Notes under the pieces: generated by a model
Databases searched by the model: none
Told to the model about the DNA's origin: nothing
The model's input: the letters and a program-made list of their open reading frames with translations, nothing else
In this document: in pieces, positions 19,220-29,045 of the stretch
Numbering within the stretch: the stretch's first letter is position 1
Layout: every line of letters begins with the position of its first letter
Origin: Dehalococcoidia bacterium
GTDB taxonomy: Bacteria > Chloroflexota > Dehalococcoidia > JAUQQI01
NCBI GenBank assembly: GCA_042408785.1
Contig: JBHOQU010000127.1
Coordinates: 86-64,085 of the forward strand
Direction: 5' to 3'
Length of the DNA: 64,000 bases
Made by a program: the position numbers and the translations under genes

Positions 19220-20355
19220 CAGCCCCGCCCTCCCAGCACCTCCCGGTAGACCCCAAGGAGGGTTTCGGCGGCCGCCTCCCAGGTGAATTTTGCCGCCCGC
19301 TCCCGGCCGGCGGCCACGGCCCGGGCCCGGGCAGCCTCGTCGGTGAGGGCCTCACGGACGGCGTCGGCGATGGCCGCCGGGTCCTCGGGGTCCACCAGCC
19401 AGGCGGCATCCCCGGCCACCTCCGGCAGGGAGGCCCGGTTCGAGGTGACCACCGGCACCCCGGCCGCCATGGCCTCCAGGACCGGCAGGCCGAACCCCTC
19501 ATAAAAAGAGGGGTAGACCAGCACTCCGGCCCGGCTGAGGAGGGCCGCCACCTGGGAGTCGGATAGGCCCCGGAGCCAGCGGATATCGCCCCGGAAGGGC
19601 GAGGCCCCCAGGGCGGCCAGAAAGTCGTCGTAGAGCCAGCCCGGCGCCCCCACGATAACCAGGGGCCGGGTGATGGCCGGGTATTTCTGCCGGAGCAGGT
19701 TGTAGGCGGCAATGAGCCCCGGCAGGTTCTTGCGGGGTTCGACCCGGCCGATAAACAGGATATACCCGGGCTCCAGGCCGAAGGCTTCGAGCAGGTTTTC
19801 GGCCGCCGGGTCCGGGGTTTCCGGGGGGTCCACCCCGCCGTAGACCACCCGGATTACATTCGGGTCGACCTTTAAAAACCGGACGATATCGGCGGCGGTG
19901 GCTCGGGAGTCGGCCACCACCAGCCCGGCCCGCCGGACCGAGGCCGGCACGGCCCGGCGCAGGAACCGCCCGAGCCGGCCGGGCACCCACCGGGGGTCGA
20001 CCATAAAGTTCAGGTCGTGGACGGTCACCACCCCCACCGCCCGGGCCAGGGGTGGCAGCACGAAGTTAAGGCCGTGGAAGAGGTCGAAACCCGGCACCAG
20101 CCGGTCGAGGGGCACGGGGAGCCCCAACCAGAACCAGGCTGCCAGAAAGGTCCGCTCCTTAAAGGGGAGTCGGGCCTCCCGGAACCCGGGGCCGTAGGTC
20201 GCCGGGTTAAAGGGGGGACAGTCCCGGGTGGCCACCAACAGAAACGAGAATTCCGAAGGTACCCGGCTCAGGCCCCCGACTAGCCCCCGAACGAACCGGC
20301 CGATGCCGGCCGACTGCTTCAAGGCCGGGGTGAAATCAAGGGCTATTACCGGCAT
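19219..20355 (-). CDS. GT4 glycosyltransferase (MtfB-like)
   Basis: GRVEPRKN, YPSFYEGFGLPVLEAMAAG, ASLPEV. Confidence 0.92.
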   Translation of the reverse strand: MPVIALDFTPALKQSAGIGRFVRGLVGGLSRVPSEFSFLLVATRDCPPFNPATYGPGFREARLPFKERTFLAAWFWLGLPVPLDRLVPGFDLFHGLNFVLPPLARAVGVVTVHDLNFMVDPRWVPGRLGRFLRRAVPASVRRAGLVVADSRATAADIVRFLKVDPNVIRVVYGGVDPPETPDPAAENLLEAFGLEPGYILFIGRVEPRKNLPGLIAAYNLLRQKYPAITRPLVIVGAPGWLYDDFLAALGASPFRGDIRWLRGLSDSQVAALLSRAGVLVYPSFYEGFGLPVLEAMAAGVPVVTSNRASLPEVAGDAAWLVDPEDPAAIADAVREALTDEAARARAVAAGRERAAKFTWEAAAETLLGVYREVLGGRG

Positions 20356-21349
20356 CGGCCGCAACCTCCCGGGTCGTCTCGAGCCGCCCGGAAAGGATGT
20401 AGGCCGGCAGGCCCGAGAGGATCAGGCTCCAGTAGCTGATGAGCCGGTCGGCCAGGGCCACGGTGACCGCCAGGTCCAGCGGTACGGCCAGGCTGAGCAG
20501 GCCGGCTACCCCCAGCTCCACCAGGCCGAGGCCCCCCGGAGTAAAGGGGACGGTGGTGAGGACCGAGTTGGCCAGGGCAGCAAAGACGATCATCGGCGGA
20601 ACGATTTTCAACCCCAGGGCCTGGGTAACCAGGGCGAGCCGACCCACCTCGCAGGCCCAGACGGCCGCCGTAAGGGCCAGGGTGACGGGCAGCCGCTTGA
20701 AACCTGCTCGGGTTCCGTACTCCAGCCGGAGGTAGATGTCGGCCAGCCTGGCCGGGAGCCGCCGGCGGATCCCCGGCCCGAGCCGGAAAAAGAGGCCGAC
20801 GCCGACCAGGCCGGCGAGCAGCAGGAGGATGCCCAGGCCCCCGACTTCGGCCAGGGTCCGGCGAGAGACCGAGCCGATGAGGAAGACCGCCGAGGCGGCC
20901 AGGGCCGAGACCACCACGACCAGGTCCAGGAGGCGCTCGATAAGCACGGTGCCCGCCGCCTCCGAGAAGCCTGAGGCGCCGTTGCGCTTTAGATGATAGG
21001 CCCGGTAAAGGTCGCCCAGCTTGGCGGGGAGCAGACAGTTGGCAAACCAGCTGGCCAGGATCACCACCGCCAGGTGCCAGGGTCCGGGGAGGGGTTTCGG
21101 GTCGGGGCCGACCAGGTTGCCGAGGATAATCCGCCAGCGGATGCCCCGCAGGGGGAAGGTGGCGTAGTAGACGGCCACGGCCAGCAGAAAGAGGCCGAGG
21201 TTGGCCCCGCCTAGGGCCCGGAGGGCCTCGATAGGGCTGATGCCGGCCCCCCGAAAGAGGGCCAAAAGCAGGCCGAAGCCGACGGCCAGGGATATGTAGG
21301 TCCGCCACGACTTTAGAATTCGGGGCAGGTCGGGGAACGACCCGTTCAT
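20336..21349 (-). CDS. Lysylphosphatidylglycerol-synthase-TM / flippase-like membrane protein (UPF0104)
   Basis: RGIRW, NCLLPAKLGDLYR, ERLLD, TPGGLGLVE, DRLISY. Confidence 0.85.
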   Translation of the reverse strand: MNGSFPDLPRILKSWRTYISLAVGFGLLLALFRGAGISPIEALRALGGANLGLFLLAVAVYYATFPLRGIRWRIILGNLVGPDPKPLPGPWHLAVVILASWFANCLLPAKLGDLYRAYHLKRNGASGFSEAAGTVLIERLLDLVVVVSALAASAVFLIGSVSRRTLAEVGGLGILLLLAGLVGVGLFFRLGPGIRRRLPARLADIYLRLEYGTRAGFKRLPVTLALTAAVWACEVGRLALVTQALGLKIVPPMIVFAALANSVLTTVPFTPGGLGLVELGVAGLLSLAVPLDLAVTVALADRLISYWSLILSGLPAYILSGRLETTREVAADAGNSP

Positions 21350-22761
21350 GCCGAACCTCTGGGGCCGGGCCTCAGGGCCGCCGCCAGCCCGACGGTGAGG
21401 CCGAGCTGGACCGGGAAGCCGGCCACAAACATGTTGTCGAAGACGTTATGGGTGGCGACGGCCACCACCCAACCGGCGACCACCCAGCCCAGGGGATTTT
21501 CCGGGTCCCGGCGGATGGCGGCCACGGCCGTGGCCATGAGCCCGGCCAGCAGGCCCAGGTGGGCCAGAAGACCCCCACCCCCGGTCTCGGCCAGGAGGTG
21601 GAGGTAATAGTTGTGGGCGTGGGTGGCCAGGGCCGGGAGGGTCTCCCAGCCCCGGACGGCAAAGGTCTCGTAGGCAACCCCGAAGTTCCCCGGCCCCACC
21701 CCTCGCAGGGGATTCTCGACGAACATGAACCAGGCCGCATACCAGTAGGCCATCCGCTCCAGGATGGCGTAGTTCTCCGGCCGCGGGGGCTCATAGCGGG
21801 GGTCGGGCAGGGTGAAATAGGCCGAGATGGGGGCCAGCCGCCCGGTAACCTCGGCCGGGAACAGCCCGTAGGCCAGAGCCGGCAGGCCGACCCCGATGGC
21901 CACGGCCAGGAGGGCCAGCAGACCCACCGTCGTCCGCCTCCCGGCCAGGCTCGTTACCCCGAGGCCGGCGGCCAGGCCGAGCCAGGCGGCCCGGGATAGG
22001 CTGAGAAGCTCCCCAAGGCCGGCCGCCCCGAGGGTAAGGAGGCACAGTACGACGTCGCCGAGCGACCCCCGTCGCAGGCGGTCCCGGAGCCAGACGTAGG
22101 CGGCCACCATCCCCATGGTCAGGTAACCGGCATACGGGTTCGGCTGGCCAAAGGTGCCGTAGGCCCGCAGGGTCTCCCCGAAGATGAAGCCCAGGGGCCC
22201 CAGGCGCAGGACCGACTGCATGAGCCCGAGGCCCCCTTCGATAAGGGCCAGGCCGAGCAGAAGCCGCAGGTACCACCTCTGCTGGGACTCCGTCAGGCCG
22301 GCCGAGGCCCCAACCAGGAGGGCCAGGGCGAAAAGGACCCACTTGGCAAGCTCTTTAAGGGCGAGGGGCACCGATTCCGCCGCCGGCAGGGCCCAGAAGA
22401 GGGCACCCAGAAAGACCAGGGCCGGCCAGAAGACCCCGGGCACCCGCAGCAGAGCCTGGCCCGCCCCCAGGCGGAAGAGCCAGGCCAGGGCGTAGACGGG
22501 CAGGACCACCTCGGCCGGGCCGACGGACACCTCGCCCAGGCGCAGGCTGAAAGGCATCGAAAGGGGGATGCTCAGGAGCACGGCCAGCAGGCCGATAAAC
22601 GGCCACCGCAGGCATACGACCAGCAGACCCAGGCCACCGACCAGGGCCGCGGCCAGGCCGATGGGCAGAAAGGCCGCGGCGGCCAGCAGGACCGCCGCCA
22701 GGCCGATGGTCAACACCCGACCGGGTCGGGCGAGGCCGAGGGCGGAAGACGGGAAGGCCAT
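21346..22761 (-). CDS. O-antigen ligase / O-oligosaccharyltransferase-like protein (Wzy_C)
   Basis: RAYGTFGQPN, SLSRAAW, PLRGVGPGNF, HAHNYYL...ETG. Confidence 0.88.
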   Translation of the reverse strand: MAFPSSALGLARPGRVLTIGLAAVLLAAAAFLPIGLAAALVGGLGLLVVCLRWPFIGLLAVLLSIPLSMPFSLRLGEVSVGPAEVVLPVYALAWLFRLGAGQALLRVPGVFWPALVFLGALFWALPAAESVPLALKELAKWVLFALALLVGASAGLTESQQRWYLRLLLGLALIEGGLGLMQSVLRLGPLGFIFGETLRAYGTFGQPNPYAGYLTMGMVAAYVWLRDRLRRGSLGDVVLCLLTLGAAGLGELLSLSRAAWLGLAAGLGVTSLAGRRTTVGLLALLAVAIGVGLPALAYGLFPAEVTGRLAPISAYFTLPDPRYEPPRPENYAILERMAYWYAAWFMFVENPLRGVGPGNFGVAYETFAVRGWETLPALATHAHNYYLHLLAETGGGGLLAHLGLLAGLMATAVAAIRRDPENPLGWVVAGWVVAVATHNVFDNMFVAGFPVQLGLTVGLAAALRPGPRGSA

Positions 22762-22766
22762 GGGGC

Positions 22767-23726
22767 TCAGGTGGCGAGGCGTCCGGCCGCCAGCTCTTCC
22801 CAGTACCAGGCGACGGTCCGCCGCAGGCCCTCCTCAAGGCCGACGGTGGGCGACCAGCCTAGAACCTGTCGGGCCTTGGTGAGGTCCGGCCGGCGGCGGG
22901 CGATCTCCTCCGGGCGGGGGGGCAGGAAGACGATGGGGGCCGGGGTTCCGGTCAGGGCCTTGACCAGCCGAGCGACCTCAATGACGGGCCGCTCGTCGTC
23001 GTTGCCCAGGTTGAAAACCTCCCCGGCCAGGCCGGCCTTAAACCCGACCCGGACCAACCCCGCCACCAGGTCGGAAACGTAGCAGAAACTTCGGGTCTGA
23101 AGGCCGTCGCCGTAGACGGTGAGGGGCTCGTTGCGGAGGGCCTGACGGATGAAGTTGGGAATAACCCGGCCGTCGTCCACCCGGTTCCGGGGCCCGTAGG
23201 TGTTGAAGATCCGGACGATCCGGACGTCCAGGCCGTATTTGCGGAAATAGGTTATGGTGAGGGCTTCGGCGAACCGCTTGCCCTCATCATAGGCGGCCCG
23301 GGGGCCCACCGGGTTTACGTGGCCCCAGTAGGTCTCGGGTTGGGGGTGGACCTCGGGATCGCCGTAAACCTCGGAGGTGGAGGCCAGGATGAACCGGGCT
23401 CCGGCGGCCCGGGCCAGCTCCAGCAGGTTGTAAGTCCCGGCGCTGTTAACCAGCATCGTTTCAACCGGGTACCGGCCGTAGTCCTCGGGGCTGGCCGGGC
23501 TGGCCAGGTGAAAGATAACGTCCGGGCTTTCGCCTTCCAGGCTTAAGGGCCTGACCACGTCGTGTTTCAGGAGGCGGCAGCGGCCCTGCCGGAGCAGGTG
23601 GCCGATGTTTTCCGGCCGGCCCGTCAGGAAGTTGTCCACAACCGTCACCTGGTGGCCGGCTTCGACCAGGCTTTCGACCAGGTGGGAGCCGATAAAGCCG
23701 GCCCCGCCGCTTACCAGTATTTTCAT
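22767..23726 (-). CDS. UDP-glucuronate decarboxylase (UDP-xylose synthase)-like SDR
   Basis: GGAGFIGSH, HLASPASP, STSEVYGDP, YDEGKR, RIFNTYGPR. Confidence 0.88.
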   Translation of the reverse strand: MKILVSGGAGFIGSHLVESLVEAGHQVTVVDNFLTGRPENIGHLLRQGRCRLLKHDVVRPLSLEGESPDVIFHLASPASPEDYGRYPVETMLVNSAGTYNLLELARAAGARFILASTSEVYGDPEVHPQPETYWGHVNPVGPRAAYDEGKRFAEALTITYFRKYGLDVRIVRIFNTYGPRNRVDDGRVIPNFIRQALRNEPLTVYGDGLQTRSFCYVSDLVAGLVRVGFKAGLAGEVFNLGNDDERPVIEVARLVKALTGTPAPIVFLPPRPEEIARRRPDLTKARQVLGWSPTVGLEEGLRRTVAWYWEELAAGRLAT

Positions 23727-25069
23727 TGCTTCACCCCGGCAAGTCTTACGCTGGCGAACATGAACCAGAAAAGGTAGGCCAGGTCGATGAGAAAATACGA
23801 GTTGTCAAAGAGGCCGTGAACCAGCAGGTCCGCCATGGCCGCCCCGCAAACGACCCCGGTCAGCCGTTCCGGCCCCTCGAAATGGGCCAGGTTAAGAACA
23901 CGTCGCCAGAATTCAAACTGCAAAAGAATCAGGGCCAAAACGCCCCCGATTCCGAGCCGCACCCAAAAGTCTAACACAATGTTGTGGGGGTGCGAAATAT
24001 CGGGCTCCTGCCAGGCCTCCGGGGGCATGTACCGCTCCCGGTAAAGGTAAAGGAAATTGTCGAGGCCCACACCGGTCAGGGGCCGGTCCCGGATCATCCC
24101 AACGGCGGCCTCCCAGATGTAGAGGCGGCGCCGGGCGGTTTCGTCGGCCCCGAAGCGGCCCGGGGCCAGGGTAAAACCCAGGACCCCGACCAGGATCAGG
24201 GCGGCCAGGAGCACCAGGACGGCCACCCGGCGCCGGCGGGCCAGGAGGGCAAAGCCGGCGGCCAGGGCGGCGGCCAGGCCCAGCCAGGCCCCCCGGGAAT
24301 AGGTGAGCCAGAGGGCCCAGAGGCCGGCGGCGGCCGTGAAGCCGGCCGCCAGTCGCCCCCATCTGCCCCACCCCGCCGCCAGCACCACGGCCGGGGGGAT
24401 GAGCTTTCCCAGGTAAAGGGCGAGGGCATTGGGCGAATGGTAAATGGCCAGGGCCCGCTTTACGCCCCCGGTGGCCTCGGTTACCCCCACAAAGTAATAG
24501 TGATAAAGGGTGTAAAGGCCTACCACCGCCCCGGCCACCGTGAAACCCCCGAAGACCCAGCCCGTAAGCTCCCTGGGCCGCACCGTCTGGACGGCCAGAA
24601 AGTAAAAGATCAGGGGCTCCAGAACCACCCGGCGGTACTCCCGAAGGGCCACGTGCCGGTACTCGGCCCAGAGCAGGGATAACGTCGCCGCCCCCAGCAG
24701 GACCAGGGGACCGGCCGGCATTAGGGCCTGACGCAGGTCCCGGACAAGCTCCTCCGGACCCAACCGGCCGGTTGCCAGCCGGAGGGCCTGCCGACCGGCC
24801 CAGACGGCCGCGGCGGCCAAGATCAGGACCTCCGAGACAACGAACTCGGGGCCGCCGAACTGCTTCGGGAAACGGTAAAAGGGGCTCAGCCAGAGGACCC
24901 ACCAGAGGGCGGCCGGAAGGTCCCGGGCGGCCCCGGCCATGAATATCCCCAGGCCCAGGGCGATGAGGGCCGGGTGCTGGCCGAAGTAAAAGAGGGCGAT
25001 CCCCCAGCCCTGGACGGTCACCCAGAAAGGCCTATTCAAGCCTATAAACCAGGTGAACCGGCTTGCCAT
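23723..25069 (-). CDS. Second O-antigen ligase-like protein (Wzy_C)
   Basis: YHSPNALA, TYSRGAW, PLTGVGLDNF, SHPHN, HGLFDNSYF. Confidence 0.88.
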   Translation of the reverse strand: MASRFTWFIGLNRPFWVTVQGWGIALFYFGQHPALIALGLGIFMAGAARDLPAALWWVLWLSPFYRFPKQFGGPEFVVSEVLILAAAAVWAGRQALRLATGRLGPEELVRDLRQALMPAGPLVLLGAATLSLLWAEYRHVALREYRRVVLEPLIFYFLAVQTVRPRELTGWVFGGFTVAGAVVGLYTLYHYYFVGVTEATGGVKRALAIYHSPNALALYLGKLIPPAVVLAAGWGRWGRLAAGFTAAAGLWALWLTYSRGAWLGLAAALAAGFALLARRRRVAVLVLLAALILVGVLGFTLAPGRFGADETARRRLYIWEAAVGMIRDRPLTGVGLDNFLYLYRERYMPPEAWQEPDISHPHNIVLDFWVRLGIGGVLALILLQFEFWRRVLNLAHFEGPERLTGVVCGAAMADLLVHGLFDNSYFLIDLAYLFWFMFASVRLAGVKQ

Positions 25070-26627
25070 CCCGCTGACGGGTGGTAAACTCTAAAACCGG
25101 CCGCCGGCCCAGGGCCGCGGCCGCCCGCTCAAACTCCGCCCGCCGGTCGTAAACGGTTGCCTCCGGGGCGTGGAAAAGATAGCGGGCGTTTGGAAAGCGG
25201 CCGGCGTAGCCGTAAAGCATATCCACAAGCTCCGGCGGGGCCTGGGGCTGGTAGAAGAAAAGCTCCACCGGGGTCACCCGGCCCCCCGTAAGCACCACCA
25301 CCGGGGCGGCGATGCCCCAGTCGAGGGCAAAAACCGGCCGGTCGGGGTCGGCGGCAAGGTAGTCGGCCAGCCGGTAGATGGCGTCCGACATCCGCAGCCA
25401 CCCGCCGGTCTCCGCCAGCGCCCGGTGGTAGTTTAGGTCGGCCGCCAGGTCGCCCAGACCGAGGCCGACGCCGGCCACAAGCACCAGCGCCGCCCGGAAC
25501 GCCCGACCCCGCAAAAGGGCCCCGAGCCGGCAGACCACCCCGACGGTCACCAGTTGGGGAATTGGCATCAGCAGGTAAAGGTGGGTGGGCCAGAGGCCGG
25601 AGATGGTGAAGGCGCTCTGGGCGGTTACCAGCAGGATGATTCCGGCCAGCCCGGCCAGCAGCCGCCAGGACCCATCCCGCCGGTCCAGGGCCAGCCCACC
25701 GGCCAGGGCCGCCCCCAGGGCCCCCACCAGGACGGGGGGATAGGTCGGGTTGCCGAAGCGGCCGCCCAGGAACCAGAAATGGTCCCCCCGCACCAGGGCG
25801 AGCAGGTGGTCGAAGGCGGTGGCCAGGTTGTCAAGAACCCGCCAGTTTTCAATTCCGTAGCTGGTTCGCCAGAGGTTGGCGGCCACCACCTCGAGGGTTC
25901 CCCCCGACCGGAGGTTGTAATAGAGGGGCATCCAGGCCCCGACCAGGACGCCCAAGAGGCAGACGGCAAGCCGACCCGGTCTTAACAGCTCGCCGACAGC
26001 CTGGCCGGCCTTCGGCCCGGCCCGGACCCAGAGGTAAAGGCCCAGGACGGGGCCCCACCAGAGGAAGAGAAGCTTTACGCTCAGGCCGAGGCCGAAAAGG
26101 AGGGCCGTAAGGTACGCCCAGCGGGGCCGTCCGCTCTTAAGCCAATTATCCAGGCTCAGCAGGCTGGCCATGGCCAGCAGGCCGAGCAGGGAGCTCACGT
26201 GGACCCCCTGCCGGGTCCAGAAGACAAAGGAGGGGTGAACCGCCCCGAGCAGGACGGCCAGCCCGGCCGGGAAAGACCCCAGCCAGCGCCGACCTAAGAC
26301 CGCGGCCAGGGCCAGGGTGACCATTCCCCCGGCGATGGGCAAAAGCCGGAGCTGAACAACCCCGACCCCCATCAGGCCGAACCAGGGGATGTATAGATAC
26401 GTGCTCACAGCCCCCACGTAATCCATCACCATCACGGGCAGGCGCAGGCCGATAAGGTCGAGGCTTACGCCCCGGGCCGGCTCGACGGGTTTGCCGGCCA
26501 GGAGCCGGACGGCCGGGACGGCGTCGGCGGCCTCGTCATAATAAAGACCCGGCAGGTCCGGCTGGGCCAGGGCCAAGCCCCAGAAGGCGATCAGGCCGGC
26601 GAGGGCCAGCACGCGCCCGAAACTCAT
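25032..26627 (-). CDS. GT-C fold (ArnT/PMT-like) glycosyltransferase
   Basis: PGLYYDEA acidic loop after TM1, RLLP, polytopic body, extracytoplasmic C-terminal domain. Confidence 0.75.
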   Translation of the reverse strand: MSFGRVLALAGLIAFWGLALAQPDLPGLYYDEAADAVPAVRLLAGKPVEPARGVSLDLIGLRLPVMVMDYVGAVSTYLYIPWFGLMGVGVVQLRLLPIAGGMVTLALAAVLGRRWLGSFPAGLAVLLGAVHPSFVFWTRQGVHVSSLLGLLAMASLLSLDNWLKSGRPRWAYLTALLFGLGLSVKLLFLWWGPVLGLYLWVRAGPKAGQAVGELLRPGRLAVCLLGVLVGAWMPLYYNLRSGGTLEVVAANLWRTSYGIENWRVLDNLATAFDHLLALVRGDHFWFLGGRFGNPTYPPVLVGALGAALAGGLALDRRDGSWRLLAGLAGIILLVTAQSAFTISGLWPTHLYLLMPIPQLVTVGVVCRLGALLRGRAFRAALVLVAGVGLGLGDLAADLNYHRALAETGGWLRMSDAIYRLADYLAADPDRPVFALDWGIAAPVVVLTGGRVTPVELFFYQPQAPPELVDMLYGYAGRFPNARYLFHAPEATVYDRRAEFERAAAALGRRPVLEFTTRQRDGKPVHLVYRLE

Positions 26628-28279
26628 GGGGTCCGGCGGGGAAGGAAGGTAAGCCCCAGGCCCAGGAAGCTGAGGGCGGCCAGGCCGGCACCCAGCAGGG
26701 CCGGCCGGTAGTCAGGCTCCTCCAGGAGCACCACGAAGGCGTCGATGCTCACCCTTTCACCGGGCCGGAGCTGGGGGACCGTAAGGGTCAGGCGGTGCTG
26801 GCCGTAAGGCAGGCCCCGGGCAATCGGGACGGGGCGGCCCGGGCCATCCGAGGCCAGGTCCACCCAGGTCTGGCCGGTGGGGTCGGCCGGCAGGCCCGAG
26901 ACCGGGTGGCCGTCCAGCTGGACGTACACCCGGCCGGGGCCGGGTCCGGGCACCAGCTCAACCCCGGTTCCCCGGAAGTTAAAGACCAGCCGGGCTCCAG
27001 GGGTCCAAGACTCCACGTAGCCCCGGGCGGAGGCTTCGTCGGACCGGACGTAGGCCCAGCGGCCCTCGGTCTGGACGGCCGGAGAGGTCTCCTGGTGCTC
27101 GCCCGGCAGGGCGAACTTGAACTCCTCGGAGAGCTGCTGAACGGCAAAGTAGAGGGGGCGGGGGGTGAAGTCCGGGTCCACCACCCGAAAGTAATACTCG
27201 GCGCTGTCCAGGGGGGAGATGTCCCCCACCTGCCGGAAGTACCAGAGGTTTATCACCCCGAGCCACTCCCACTGGCGGGCCAGGCGGACGGCCCGGACCG
27301 TGTAGGCGGCCTGCTCCTCTTCGGTCACCCGGCCCCAGTAGAGGCGAAAGGGCGGAAAGGTTGTGGGGGCGGCGTTCCAGCCGAACTCGTTAAGCCAGAT
27401 GGGCTTGGCCCCGTCCCCGTTCCGGACCATAACCTCTCGCAGGAGCTTAAGCCGCTGGAAGTTCAGAACCCTCGGGTCGGGGGGGTCCTCCGGGGGGCGG
27501 TCGAAGCCGTAGGCATTGGCCATGAGGATGTCGAAATAGGGGGCGGCCCCGGCGGCGTACATCCCCTGAAGAAAATCGAGCTCATTTATCGCCTGGGCCG
27601 ACCGCTCCAGGGTCTGGGCCAGGGGGGCGCTCAAGATGACCACGTTGGGGTCCACGGCCTTGGCCCGCTGGTAGGCGACTTTCAAAAGCTCGGTGTAGGC
27701 CACCGGGTCCGGCGGTCGGCCGCCCCACTCCCGGGCCAGGTTCGGCTCGTTCCAGATCTGGTAGTACTGGACCCGGCCCCGGTAGCGGGCCACGACCCGG
27801 GCCACGTAGTCGCCGAACTCGTTCAGGTCCCGGACCGGGTAGCGGGCGTTTTCGCCGCGGCTGCGGGCCCACTCCGGGGGCTGGTCGAGCCTGACGATGA
27901 GCCGCAGGCCGTACTGCTCCACCAGGTCGACGATCTCGTCGAACTTGTCCCACGTGCTCCGCCGGATCCGGTCGTCCCAGAAGAGGCCCTTTTGGGGCTC
28001 GATCTGGTCCCAGGGGAACATCTGCTTCACCCAGCCCAGCCCGGCCGCCCGGGCCATCCGGAGGGTCTCCCGCTTCTTCCAGGTCTCCACCTCCCGGTCC
28101 AGGAAAAAGTTGGCCCCCAGGGGGTTCACGTCGGTGAAGGGCAGGGGCCGGGCCTGGGCCTGGATTGCGGGGACCGGGTTTAACACCGGGTTAGGCAGCC
28201 ACCAGGTGAGGCCCAGGCCCACCACCAGGCCGAGGAGGCAGAGCATCCGGGCGGTTCGGCGTCCCATGGCCGACCCCAA
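26624..28279 (-). CDS. Membrane-anchored clan GH-A glycoside hydrolase (GH5/GH39-like)
   Basis: QIWNEPN acid/base and WLNEFGW nucleophile motifs; hydrophobic N- and C-terminal segments. Confidence 0.82.
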   Translation of the reverse strand: MGSAMGRRTARMLCLLGLVVGLGLTWWLPNPVLNPVPAIQAQARPLPFTDVNPLGANFFLDREVETWKKRETLRMARAAGLGWVKQMFPWDQIEPQKGLFWDDRIRRSTWDKFDEIVDLVEQYGLRLIVRLDQPPEWARSRGENARYPVRDLNEFGDYVARVVARYRGRVQYYQIWNEPNLAREWGGRPPDPVAYTELLKVAYQRAKAVDPNVVILSAPLAQTLERSAQAINELDFLQGMYAAGAAPYFDILMANAYGFDRPPEDPPDPRVLNFQRLKLLREVMVRNGDGAKPIWLNEFGWNAAPTTFPPFRLYWGRVTEEEQAAYTVRAVRLARQWEWLGVINLWYFRQVGDISPLDSAEYYFRVVDPDFTPRPLYFAVQQLSEEFKFALPGEHQETSPAVQTEGRWAYVRSDEASARGYVESWTPGARLVFNFRGTGVELVPGPGPGRVYVQLDGHPVSGLPADPTGQTWVDLASDGPGRPVPIARGLPYGQHRLTLTVPQLRPGERVSIDAFVVLLEEPDYRPALLGAGLAALSFLGLGLTFLPRRTP

Positions 28280-28283
28280 TATA

Positions 28284-29045
28284 TCAGGGCGGGGCGGATT
28301 CCTTCAAACGTACCGCCGGCCTCTTAAAAGGAATTCCCGGCCTGCGGGGGAACGGCTCGGGAGTTTGGACTATTTTCTCCAGAACGATAAATATACGGTC
28401 TAAACCGTACTCCCGACCGAAGGGCCCGAAGGTGCCGGCCGGCTCGGCCCCCAGCCGTCGGATGAAGGGCAGGGTCGGCGGCAGGTCAGGAAGGTCCGGG
28501 GGACCTTTCCAGTAGACGGCCCGGCCGCCGGGCCCCACCAGGGGCAGGGTGACCTCCACCAGGGTGGGGAGGCGCGCCACCGCCCGGGCCACCACCAGGG
28601 TCGCCCCCTCCCGGTAGGCCCGGTCCCGGCCCACGTCCTCGGCCCGCCTGGGAATCACCTTCACCCGGTCCAGGCCCAGCCTAGCCACAAGCTCGTTTAA
28701 AAACCTTGCCCGCTTAAGGCTCGACTCGATGAGCCACAGCTCGATTTCGGGGCAGACCAGACGGAGGGGCACACCGGGGAAGCCGGCGCCCGTGCCCACA
28801 TCGGCCAGGATGGTGCCGGCCCGGAGCAGCCCTTTAAACCCCGGAATCTCCAGGCAGAGGAGGGAATCGATGAAGTGGCGGATCTCCACCCCCGTCGGGT
28901 CGGTGACGGCCGTCAGGTTCACCCGCCGATTCCAGTCGAGGAGGAGCCGGCGGTACTCCCCGAAGGCCCCGAGCAGCTCCTCGGTCGGGCTCACACCGTG
29001 CTCGGCCAGGAACCGGCGCAGGCGGTCAAGGCCCCATTCAGCCAA
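28284..29045 (-). CDS. rsmG: 16S rRNA m7G527 methyltransferase
   Basis: WNRRVNLTA, HFIDSL, DVGTGAGFPG, RAE, ARAVA, PRRPG. Confidence 0.94.
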   Translation of the reverse strand: MAEWGLDRLRRFLAEHGVSPTEELLGAFGEYRRLLLDWNRRVNLTAVTDPTGVEIRHFIDSLLCLEIPGFKGLLRAGTILADVGTGAGFPGVPLRLVCPEIELWLIESSLKRARFLNELVARLGLDRVKVIPRRAEDVGRDRAYREGATLVVARAVARLPTLVEVTLPLVGPGGRAVYWKGPPDLPDLPPTLPFIRRLGAEPAGTFGPFGREYGLDRIFIVLEKIVQTPEPFPRRPGIPFKRPAVRLKESAPP

